From: a virus | Taxonomy: Duplodnaviria; Caudoviricetes | IMG/VR virus record: IMGVR_UViG_3300005686_000008 | Direction: 5' to 3' (one strand) | Length of the DNA stretch: 64,000 nt | Part shown: in pieces, positions 36,375 to 44,624 of the stretch | Layout: the number at the start of each line of letters is the position of its first letter | Numbering within the stretch: position 1 is the first letter of the stretch | Position numbers and translations under genes: made by a program | Notes under the pieces: model-generated | What the model was told of the DNA's origin: nothing | Databases searched by the model: none | Seen by the model: the letters and a program-made list of their open reading frames with translations, nothing else

Positions 36375-36637
36375 TGGACCGCATTTTCGCAGGTATCGCC
36401 ATTGGCATCGCCGGTTTCTTCGCTATCATCGCCCTCGCCTTCTGTATCGCTCTCCTCGCTGCCATCCCGCTGTATTTCCTCTGGAACGCCTTCGCTCCGA
36501 CGTACTTCCCGTTCCTCCCCGCGCCCTGGCTCGCCATCCCCTTCTGGCACGTTGTCTGTCTGACATGGCTGCTCAGTATCGTCCGCGGCATCATCATGCC
36601 GAGCGCAGTCGCAAACGCAACGGCCAAGAACGACTAA
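36374..36637 (+). CDS. membrane protein
   Basis: hydrophobic, LWN motif, SD. Confidence 0.7.
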   Translation: MDRIFAGIAIGIAGFFAIIALAFCIALLAAIPLYFLWNAFAPTYFPFLPAPWLAIPFWHVVCLTWLLSIVRGIIMPSAVANATAKND

Positions 36638-36722
36638 ACCTCGTCGTCATGTCCTTGAGCGAGGCCCTGAGCAATCGGGGCCTTTCTCTTGTGACTAAAC
36701 TTTTCGCGCAAAGGAAAGTTGT

Positions 36723-37019
36723 ATGGCAACTGAACTGAAAATCGACAGAGAGAAAGCCAAGTCCGTTTACAGCGGCAAGGATGGCGCATGCTGCTGCGGT
36801 TGCAGCGGAACCCATTACTACGCCTCCAAGCACCGCGAAGAGGCCGGGAAGAGTCGTGGTTACAATGTTGAGGACAAGGAAATCAACGACAAGCAAGTAA
36901 CTCGCATCATCAACAAGATCGAGAAACTCGCAGCGGCAGGCGTCCAGATCGATACTGTTCCCGATGTCTACTTCTCCGCTGTTGAGGGCAAGCGGCTTTA
37001 CATTGTTTATTACAACTAA
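36723..37019 (+). CDS. conserved phage protein with YSGxxGACCCGCxG motif
   Basis: Cys cluster; motif-to-motif cassette. Confidence 0.75.
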   Translation: MATELKIDREKAKSVYSGKDGACCCGCSGTHYYASKHREEAGKSRGYNVEDKEINDKQVTRIINKIEKLAAAGVQIDTVPDVYFSAVEGKRLYIVYYN

Positions 37020-37043
37020 ACTTTCCAATCAGAAGGGAAAGAC

Positions 37044-37442
37044 ATGAAGAACGTAAGATTCCTTACAAGGGATGAGATTCTCGAAACCGATGGCGGACGA
37101 GAAGGAACTCTGAGCGAGAACTACGCCACCGTTCGCAAGGCGGTCGAGAAACTCCCCGGATTTGACCAGGGCTTCTTCATCAATCCCAAGAGCGGCGGCG
37201 AAGATGCCGACTTCCCCGATGATGATGAGAAGGTCGATGTTACCTTCGGTCTGAAAGATGAGGAAACGGGCGAGGTTCTCATTGTTTGGAACTATAAGAG
37301 CGGTCCCGCTTACAACCCCAGAGATAACCTGACACTGGATGACATTTCCGAGTTCTCCATCGGATATGGAGGCGATAAAAAGAAACCGTCCACTGCGCTG
37401 CTCTCCGCTCTGATGGAGGCTTGCGATATCGCCAAGCATTGA
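37044..37442 (+). CDS. hypothetical protein
   Basis: ATG 30 nt after motif. Confidence 0.75.
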   Translation: MKNVRFLTRDEILETDGGREGTLSENYATVRKAVEKLPGFDQGFFINPKSGGEDADFPDDDEKVDVTFGLKDEETGEVLIVWNYKSGPAYNPRDNLTLDDISEFSIGYGGDKKKPSTALLSALMEACDIAKH

Positions 37443-37473
37443 GGACTAAACTTCCTGCGCCCGTTTGTAAGGT

Positions 37474-37683
37474 ATGAACGTCAACGATACCATCCACCGC
37501 CGCTGCCAAGATTGCGGAGAAACCTTTGAGGTTATCGACCCCGATTGCAAGGCGGAGGTTCGCTGCATTTCTTGTCAGGTGCAGTTCCGTATCACCGGCA
37601 AGACGGCTCTTGAGCGGTACGCCGAGGCTCTCGCCGAATCAATGAGCCAAGCCCTCCCCGCAAAGGAGAAGGTGTCATGCTGA
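37474..37683 (+). CDS. zinc-ribbon protein
   Basis: CQDC...CISC. Confidence 0.7.
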   Translation: MNVNDTIHRRCQDCGETFEVIDPDCKAEVRCISCQVQFRITGKTALERYAEALAESMSQALPAKEKVSC

Positions 37684-38114
37684 TTTCAGCCATCGAAGTT
37701 CAAGAGGCAAGGCAACGGCTCATCGCCAAGTACGGACAAGCCTATGGCCTACGGCGCGGCTGGTTGCCTCCAGAAGAAGCCGAGAAGCTGAAGGTCAAAC
37801 TGAAGGTCACTCGCAAGGAGGGCGTTCTGGGGCAGTTCTGTCAGCTCTGGCAAGGCAACGTGTTGGTGGTCGAGTCTTACATCTTCCCGACCCCAAGAGG
37901 AGAGTTCAAGAACGTAAGGGAGTTCATCGAGGCGAAGAAGAAGGAGTGGGAGATTGTCAACCTTCCCACCGAGAACGACCCTCGGTATTACGTTCGCTTG
38001 CTCGCTGTTTATCAGTCAATAGGAACGATGTCGATGGGTTGTGTTGTCGAGGGAGGCAAGAGCGTCGATTGCTACACCGTTGACGATTTGATTGCGGTTG
38101 GCTTTGCCGACTAA
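37677..38114 (+). CDS. hypothetical protein
   Basis: ORF, stop in motif. Confidence 0.7.
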   Translation: MLISAIEVQEARQRLIAKYGQAYGLRRGWLPPEEAEKLKVKLKVTRKEGVLGQFCQLWQGNVLVVESYIFPTPRGEFKNVREFIEAKKKEWEIVNLPTENDPRYYVRLLAVYQSIGTMSMGCVVEGGKSVDCYTVDDLIAVGFAD

Positions 38115-38138
38115 ACTTCCTGCGCAAGGAAAGTAGCT

Positions 38139-38618
38139 ATGAACAATAGCAAACACCGCCAGACTCTCAGCAAGGCAGCTCTCATCGGTCGGCTCAACGG
38201 CATCATCGCCCGCATGGACCGTAACCGCGATGCTTACTTGTGTTCCCACAAGAAGACAAGGGACGCTGACACTGGAAAGCTCCCCGCCGAACTGCTCGCC
38301 ACTGATTTCGCAGCGGCCCAGGCTGAGCTTGAGGCGTTGCACCGCGAGGTCAACACTGATATGGTCGAGGGGTCAACTCTCGAAGGGCAGTACGATAAGA
38401 GCCTTGTGGAGACAACCATCGCGACGGTCTTGGGCAAGGTTCAGCAGCAGTTTGGGCATCAGCCGAACATCCTCGCTACCCTTCAGATGTTCGCGATGCT
38501 CCTTCAGTCCGAACTGTGCCTCAACGCTCATTTCCTCTTTCTCAAGACGGACGCCAATGTGGAGGACCGCATCAACCATCCGAACCTCTACGGTCTTGAC
38601 GGAAACCCCAAGCGTTGA
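38139..38618 (+). CDS. hypothetical protein
   Basis: ATG 30 nt after motif. Confidence 0.75.
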   Translation: MNNSKHRQTLSKAALIGRLNGIIARMDRNRDAYLCSHKKTRDADTGKLPAELLATDFAAAQAELEALHREVNTDMVEGSTLEGQYDKSLVETTIATVLGKVQQQFGHQPNILATLQMFAMLLQSELCLNAHFLFLKTDANVEDRINHPNLYGLDGNPKR

Positions 38619-38646
38619 CTAAACTTTCAGCGCAAGGTAGAATGGT

Positions 38647-38904
38647 ATGAGGTAATGCGGGTCTAACCCCGCTAGAGGATGCGTCCTCTATAGTATAAGC
38701 CGAAAGGCCAGAGAAATACCGCCTCTAGGGATTGGAACCCCTCTAAGAAATCCCCTCGTCGGTAGGTAGCCGAACAGCCGAACCCGAGCGGCAATCGGGA
38801 GTGTATCGCGCCGACCCTAAACAAGTCGGCTTATTTCTTTAATCCCTCTTGTTTCCGTTTGCGGAAACTCGCCGAGTTTAGGAAACTCACCCATAACCAT
38901 TACC
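38647..38904 (+). ncRNA. multi-hairpin ncRNA (~255 nt)
   Basis: starts at motif +30; GGTAATG/CATTACC closing helix, about 9 internal helices, no ORF. Confidence 0.7.
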
Positions 38905-39156
38905 AGACGCCAACATAATCGTTATGAGTGAAATAGTGTTCCAACGGGTTTCAGTGTCCGGATCCCGGATCCGGGTGACCAGTCTCAGGTCAACCGGGTG
39001 TCCGGGTGTCGTAGCCAGAAATTTCTGCGCAGAAACAAACTCCGAACAACCCCAACAGACTAAACTTTCCAATAATCCAAACAGACCAAAGCCTCAACAA
39101 TCCCAACAGACTAAACTTTCCTCGCAATTTTGCAGAGTACCCAATAGGAGAAACCC

Positions 39157-39912
39157 ATGAAACTCATCAGCCGCAAAGAACTCATCGAACGCCTTTACAA
39201 TCAGACGACTCAGACCATCGTTTCGATGGTTTGCGTTACCGAGCCTGACATGAGGGCGAAGGCAATCATCGAAGCCGTCGATATCGCCGTCCCCCAACCG
39301 AACCCCTACCGCATCGGCAAGGGCAAGGCAGCGGTTTCGACCATCAGCAAGGTCTTAAAGGTCAACGGCAAGATTAACGACCGCTACGAGCGCGTCGTTA
39401 CCAACAAGGCCAAGCGCATGATTATCGCCGAGCGCGAGGCCGCGAACCTTGCTCCGCTCTCGCCCGAGCAACTCGATGCAGCAGCGGCGGCGGTCCCCGA
39501 CTTTGGGGAATCTTGGCATACGCCGATTCTCGATGCCGAGGGCAAGCCGACTTGTCTCAGCGTCAACCGCAAGACGCCCGAGAACGGCAAGGTTTATATT
39601 CGGTTCATCTTCAAGGCGAAGGGCGAAGCCGAATACGTCAACAACGACAACGGCGCAACCGAACCGAGCGAGAACGTCTACCCATTCCTCTCTCCCTCAT
39701 CCGACTACAGCAATCAGAATCTCGCCGAGGGCGATGAAGTCCGTTTCGTCGTCTATGACGTTGCCAATATCGCCGAAATCGCGCTTGGCGGCGAACGGCT
39801 CCGCATCCTCGATACCCTCGCCGAACAGTCCGAGGGCATGAGGAATAAGGTTTGGGCAATCGCCGAGGAATACTTGGAGGGCGAACGGAGCATGAGCAAG
39901 GTCGGCAACTAA
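39157..39912 (+). CDS. hypothetical protein
   Basis: AGGAG SD, 251 aa. Confidence 0.8.
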   Translation: MKLISRKELIERLYNQTTQTIVSMVCVTEPDMRAKAIIEAVDIAVPQPNPYRIGKGKAAVSTISKVLKVNGKINDRYERVVTNKAKRMIIAEREAANLAPLSPEQLDAAAAAVPDFGESWHTPILDAEGKPTCLSVNRKTPENGKVYIRFIFKAKGEAEYVNNDNGATEPSENVYPFLSPSSDYSNQNLAEGDEVRFVVYDVANIAEIALGGERLRILDTLAEQSEGMRNKVWAIAEEYLEGERSMSKVGN

Positions 39913-40100
39913 CGCCGGCTAAACTTTCCCCAACCCTCAACCCCAATCGTTTGTCTCCATTGGGGACCGAACGCCAGCCTTACAAGGTTGGCGTTTGGTC
40001 ATTGCAAACACTGAATCATTATGAGTGAAATAGAACAGCCGAGCAAACATTAGCCGACTAAACTTTCAGCGCAGAATTGAGAAGTAACGAAAGGAACCCC

Positions 40101-40514
40101 ATGAACAGCCGCAACCATAACGATGACAGCCTTAACGGTCATGGCTTTTTCGAGCATGACATTCCTTTTGGACAGCCCGAACTCCAGCCCGACAAGGCTA
40201 CGGCGGTCATCGTCAAGGACAGGCCGAAGGACGAAACGAAGGGGCAGCGTCCGCATGTCGTTCTCGTTTGGAATGACCAAGAACATTCGGAATTGTTCGT
40301 CATCGGCGTTCTCATGGAAGTCTGCAAGATGAATTTGCAGCAAGCCATCCAAACGACCATGAAGATTCATGCCGAAGGCAAGGCGGCGGTCATCGGCGGA
40401 TTGTTGGAGTATTGCGAGTTAAAGAGGGACCAGATTGCAACCTTCCGCGATGCCCTTGTCATCTCGATGGGAGGCCCCAACGTCCCCCTCAACGTTACGG
40501 TCGCGGAGGCATGA
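40101..40514 (+). CDS. clpS: ClpS-like adaptor protein
   Basis: VLVWNDQEHSELFVIGVL...TMKIHAEGKAAV. Confidence 0.8.
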   Translation: MNSRNHNDDSLNGHGFFEHDIPFGQPELQPDKATAVIVKDRPKDETKGQRPHVVLVWNDQEHSELFVIGVLMEVCKMNLQQAIQTTMKIHAEGKAAVIGGLLEYCELKRDQIATFRDALVISMGGPNVPLNVTVAEA

Positions 40515-40676
40515 GGCGCAGCGGACTAAACTTCCGCTAGAAGGTACTTTCATGGGCGGGGTATTGAAGCGGCTCTCGGCGAGGCCGCTCTACCCCTTTA
40601 AGCCAACCGAATCGTTATGAGTGTAACGCCATCGCCGACCCCTCCAAACTAAACTTCCGTCAGCAAAGTTATAATC

Positions 40677-40892
40677 ATGGCAGCAGAACCAATCAACACG
40701 AAGCAGCCAGGCGATTGCGGATACGTCTTTTTCTTCCGCGGCAAGGAAATCGCCCTCTACGCTCCGAGCTTGGCAGCGGCAAAGGACAAGGCCGTGACGC
40801 ATTTCAAGGCCCCCAAGAGCCAACGGCATATGGTTCATGGAGGTATCGCAGAGGACAAGGACGGCAAGGAAATCGTCCATACAGCAGACTAA
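40677..40892 (+). CDS. hypothetical protein
   Basis: motif-to-motif cassette. Confidence 0.7.
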   Translation: MAAEPINTKQPGDCGYVFFFRGKEIALYAPSLAAAKDKAVTHFKAPKSQRHMVHGGIAEDKDGKEIVHTAD

Positions 40893-41002
40893 ACTTCTAA
40901 CTTTGTAATTCTCCGCGCATGGTTGTTTGTCTCGCCGACTAAACTTTCAGCGCAGAATTGCAGAGAGTTAGAACAGCCCAAACCCAATGAAAGGACAGAC
41001 AA

Positions 41003-41518
41003 ATGGCAAAGCTCGCTCTCCTCAACCTCGCCGCCTTCGAACTCGCCCGCCGTCGCATCGCCGAACGGAACATTACCCTTCCGAACGATGAACAGATCAT
41101 GGCTGGCAACTACAGCGTTCGCGTTTTCAACAGCCCCCGGCACAGCGATATCTACGTCATGCAACTTCTCTCCACCTTGTTCCGTACCCAACCGAACAAG
41201 GCGGCGGAAATCGCCCTCAAGATCCACGACAGCGGCGATGAGGGAGTTACAATCTTCACCGGCAGCCGCGATAACTGCCGCAACCTCATGCGGGCGTTGG
41301 CGGCTTGGGGCGGCGATGCCGCCGCAAACCTCGCCCTCCGCATCGACAATGACAAGGGACTGTACGCCGAAATGACCGACAACCGCAGCGGCGAAATCGT
41401 ACAGCGCAGCGGCGATGAGGATGAAGGGGCCGACGATGCCGCTCCCCAACTCGCCCCCGCCGTCGCTCCGCCCGTTCGCCCGCTCGATGCGGTTTTCGCT
41501 CGGCTTCTCGGCAACTAA
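41003..41518 (+). CDS. divergent ClpS-like protein
   Basis: YSVRVFNSPRHSDIYVMQLL...AAEIALKIHDSG. Confidence 0.65.
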   Translation: MAKLALLNLAAFELARRRIAERNITLPNDEQIMAGNYSVRVFNSPRHSDIYVMQLLSTLFRTQPNKAAEIALKIHDSGDEGVTIFTGSRDNCRNLMRALAAWGGDAAANLALRIDNDKGLYAEMTDNRSGEIVQRSGDEDEGADDAAPQLAPAVAPPVRPLDAVFARLLGN

Positions 41519-41710
41519 ACTTTCCTCGCCAAAGGAAAGTAGTAAAGGACAGGCAAGGGACTCTGCCTCCGAGACTCGTTCTCGGAGGGGCGTTCAGAGG
41601 ACAGCGGACGGGAAGTAACGCGCCCGAGCCGCACTTGCCATTTAAGCCAATCTAATCGTTATGAGTGAAAGCCGCATCCGAACTAAACTTCGCGCAAGAA
41701 AGTTATAAGC

Positions 41711-41920
41711 ATGGGACTCGGAAAGAAAATCGACGGCAAGTATCAACCCATCAGTAATTACGAAGGCTCATGGGCCGACGTAATGAAGAAGGCAAGAGAA
41801 AGAACTCGCCGCGAAGCCGAGAAGGACAAGAGGCCCTCATCCTTGCTCGCCTACGAAGGAGTCCATACCCTCTCCAACGGCGTCAAGGTTGAGTTTACAA
41901 ATACCAACCGCATCGACTAA
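41711..41920 (+). CDS. hypothetical protein
   Basis: motif-to-motif cassette. Confidence 0.7.
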   Translation: MGLGKKIDGKYQPISNYEGSWADVMKKARERTRREAEKDKRPSSLLAYEGVHTLSNGVKVEFTNTNRID

Positions 41921-41944
41921 ACTTCTAGGGGAAGGATTAGAAAC

Positions 41945-42262
41945 ATGGTAGACTACAATGCTCCATTGTTTCAGCATCCCCAAGAGACTTGGGACAAGGC
42001 GAAATGCGAGAAACTCGCCAAGTATCGCCATGTCGATGCTTTCGGAACCAAGCAAAGCCGCAAGGGGTTTCTAGGCTCGGGCGCAGCCATCCCCGCAAGG
42101 TTCGGCATAACTCGTTACAACGGAGGATGCGAGCGTAATGGCGAATGGTGGCAAGGCGAGAATTTTCCCTTCCCCATCCTTGCCGAAGGGTTTGAGATTG
42201 TTTACGTTCTGACTTGGGGATGGTACATTCAACGTAAGGCAGGCAGCCATGAACGTCAATGA
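41945..42262 (+). CDS. hypothetical protein
   Basis: ATG 30 nt after motif. Confidence 0.7.
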   Translation: MVDYNAPLFQHPQETWDKAKCEKLAKYRHVDAFGTKQSRKGFLGSGAAIPARFGITRYNGGCERNGEWWQGENFPFPILAEGFEIVYVLTWGWYIQRKAGSHERQ

Positions 42263-42440
42263 TGGAATTTTCTACCTCTACTCCGACGATGAGAAGGGGT
42301 TTTGGAACAACGAGAGCGGCTGGGGTTCGCTCGAAACGGCGCAAGAGTATTTGGAGGAGGACTTGCATGGGTACATCCCTAAAGGTTCTCGGTTCGTTTC
42401 CGCAAGCGAAGCCGAAACCCTTTGCGATGACCCAAACTAA
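42249..42440 (+). CDS. hypothetical protein
   Basis: FWNNESGWG; stop in motif. Confidence 0.65.
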   Translation: MNVNDGIFYLYSDDEKGFWNNESGWGSLETAQEYLEEDLHGYIPKGSRFVSASEAETLCDDPN

Positions 42441-42481
42441 ACTTTCGCGCAGGTACTTCTAGGTAGAAAGGACTCTATCCC

Positions 42482-42721
42482 ATGAAGGTTGAAATCCGTC
42501 ATCTCAAGACCCTCAGCCAGCCCAACGGCGAACTCATCGAAATCGTTGAAGTTAACGCCCAAACCATGAACGCCGAACAAATCCAAACAAAGGTTGGTTC
42601 GGCCCTCATCAGCAAGGGCATCGAACTGTTCGGCTCCGAATTCCAATCGGTCGGCAACAACTCCATCTTCGGCGGTTACGTTCGTAACAAGGCCAACGGC
42701 GAATGTATCATCGCCGTTTGA
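42482..42721 (+). CDS. hypothetical protein
   Basis: AAAGGA SD. Confidence 0.7.
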   Translation: MKVEIRHLKTLSQPNGELIEIVEVNAQTMNAEQIQTKVGSALISKGIELFGSEFQSVGNNSIFGGYVRNKANGECIIAV

Positions 42722-42858
42722 GGAGAAACTAAACTTCCGTCGCGGAAGTTAAGAGTATGAAATACAACTCTACTTTCTGCGGCTCGCAAACTCCCCCAAC
42801 TTGGCGTTGGGGGAATCTTTTTGCGCCAGGCTAAACTTCCTGAAAAGAAATGAGAAGC

Positions 42859-43071
42859 ATGGCAACTCAAACAGTCAAATCTCGTTCAAGCAAGCCCCGT
42901 TCAAGCAAGCGGACCCATCTCAACATCAATGTTTCTCTCGAAGTCGATGATGTTGTCAGAGTCGCCGGCTGGCATAAAGCCAACCACATGCTCAACCGCG
43001 TTCTCGCCTTCGCTGCAAACAACAAGGGACGCATCAGCCTCAAGGTAACAAAGCCCACGACGAAGGGCTAA
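42859..43071 (+). CDS. hypothetical basic protein
   Basis: ATG 30 nt after motif. Confidence 0.65.
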   Translation: MATQTVKSRSSKPRSSKRTHLNINVSLEVDDVVRVAGWHKANHMLNRVLAFAANNKGRISLKVTKPTTKG

Positions 43072-43180
43072 CAACGGAGCATGGTACGGGTAAAGGGCGA
43101 GCAGCCTAACCCAGCCCGCAAGGGTATGGGTTCCGTACCGATTTAATGAGGACTAAACTTTCCTTCCAACAATCAAGAGC

Positions 43181-43372
43181 ATGTTGAACTGGAACATTGA
43201 CAAGATGAGAGGGGCAGATAAGAACAGCGTTGAGGTTCAGCTCTTCAATGCAGAGAACGCTCTCTCAAACTGGCGCGAGGATGTAGCGAAAGGGTATTGC
43301 CGTTATGATGCTGGCGAGGAGAGGAAACTCAAGGCGAAGATTAAGGAACTGAGGACTAAACTTCCCGGCTAG
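43181..43372 (+). CDS. hypothetical protein
   Basis: ATG 30 nt after motif. Confidence 0.65.
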   Translation: MLNWNIDKMRGADKNSVEVQLFNAENALSNWREDVAKGYCRYDAGEERKLKAKIKELRTKLPG

Positions 43373-43569
43373 AACCCCCTCCGTTGGGGCGCAGTGGAAG
43401 GGATGCTCTCTCACTCATAATGATTAACATCACAGAGGCACCCCATACCCCTCGCCCGCCCCTTCAGGAAAAGTAAGATATCTATATTTCAAAGGAGTAC
43501 CCTAGAGTATACTCAGTTACAGAAAGAAGGTATCCTCAAAATGTCGATATTATTTTAGGAGGATACCGC

Positions 43570-44004
43570 ATGCCATATAAAAGTGTAGAAAAAAGAACTG
43601 AATGGAAAAGAGAATGGGCAAAGAAAAATAAAGACAAAATACAAGAATATGCCAAGCGATATTATGATAAGAAAAAGAACAGCCTACCAAAGTCTGTAAG
43701 AATAAAGAAGACAAAAGAAGAGATAAAAGAAACAGATACGGTTGCAAGAAAAAGAAGAATACAAAGAAATAGAGAATATATCAATTCTATAAAACAAGGA
43801 AACAAGTGTTTGAAATGCGGAGAATCTCATATTTCATGTTTAGTTTTTCATCATAGAGATAGAAGAGAAAAAGAATATACGATTAGCGATATGGATAACA
43901 TGAGTCTTGAAACAATAAAGAAAGAAATAGAGAAATGCGATATGCTTTGTCATAATTGTCATGCTAAACTACATTATGAAGAAAGAGGGTACGCCGTCAC
44001 TTAA
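43570..44004 (+). CDS. HNH endonuclease
   Basis: CLKC...FHH...CDMLCHNCH; AGGAGG SD. Confidence 0.85.
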   Translation: MPYKSVEKRTEWKREWAKKNKDKIQEYAKRYYDKKKNSLPKSVRIKKTKEEIKETDTVARKRRIQRNREYINSIKQGNKCLKCGESHISCLVFHHRDRREKEYTISDMDNMSLETIKKEIEKCDMLCHNCHAKLHYEERGYAVT

Positions 44005-44100
44005 AATTCGCAATATGGGGGATACCTTATCTCGTTCACAGCAAAGAGGTATTTTTTTGATATTGACGAATTGGTAATAGAAGACTTGCAGGAGAATGAA

Positions 44101-44496
44101 ATGAAAAGGATAGAAAGTAAAAACTACGCAAAATCAAAGACGGCTCAAGTAAATCAAGAAGATATAAGAAGCCGTGTTTTTGATTTTGCTAAAAAGATGT
44201 TTCATCTTGCTAAAAACGCAAGAGTGATTATTAGCATGAACGAGGTAGGAAACTTATTCGTAGGCGAATATGGATGGACAGATGAAGGCAAGAGGATACA
44301 CGATATGTCAGTAAGGGTTCTCTCCAATCCAAGGTCTTCTATTCAAGAACTTTTTGAAATCATAGAAAGCATTATAAATCTAGCAGGCGATAAAGAAGTT
44401 GCGGACGGAACCCCTCCCGGAAGAGGCCAACCTCGTGTTATTGGTCCAGAGTTGATTACTGAATATAGAAACCTAAAAGCAGAAGCCAATTTCTAA
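44101..44496 (+). CDS. hypothetical protein with N-terminal KTAQ motif
   Basis: GGAG SD; flanked by 17-bp direct repeats. Confidence 0.65.
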   Translation: MKRIESKNYAKSKTAQVNQEDIRSRVFDFAKKMFHLAKNARVIISMNEVGNLFVGEYGWTDEGKRIHDMSVRVLSNPRSSIQELFEIIESIINLAGDKEVADGTPPGRGQPRVIGPELITEYRNLKAEANF

Positions 44497-44624
44497 AATT
44501 AGGTATACGTCACTTAAAATTCGCGCACAGAGGGATACCTTGCTTGTTTATTCCTGACCCTAATCAGAAGCCAATATAATAATACAAAGGACTAAACAAT
44601 TATATTGTGGAATCCCACAATATA

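Larger units (their letters stand above)
3799..43363 (+). repeat. dispersed motif [GA][AG]CTAAACTT (~65-70 copies, all + strand), putative phage promoter
   Basis: e.g. 7561, 9755, 12164, 17568, 19071, 19485, 25708, 29713, 31996, 32882, 33779, 36693, 37014, 37444, 38109, 41681, 41915, 43151. Confidence 0.9.
6774..43425. repeat. dispersed 14-mer AATC[GA]TTATGAGTG (8 copies)
   Basis: 6774, 16277 (1 mismatch), 34545, 38917, 40014, 40610, 41654 on +; 43412 on -; all intergenic. Confidence 0.85.

Noticed and set aside
3799-43363. CTAAACTT repeats as a CRISPR array or integron attC sites
   Set aside because: The repeat is only 8-10 nt, spacing is gene-sized and irregular, there is no palindromic attC structure, and no cas or integrase gene is present
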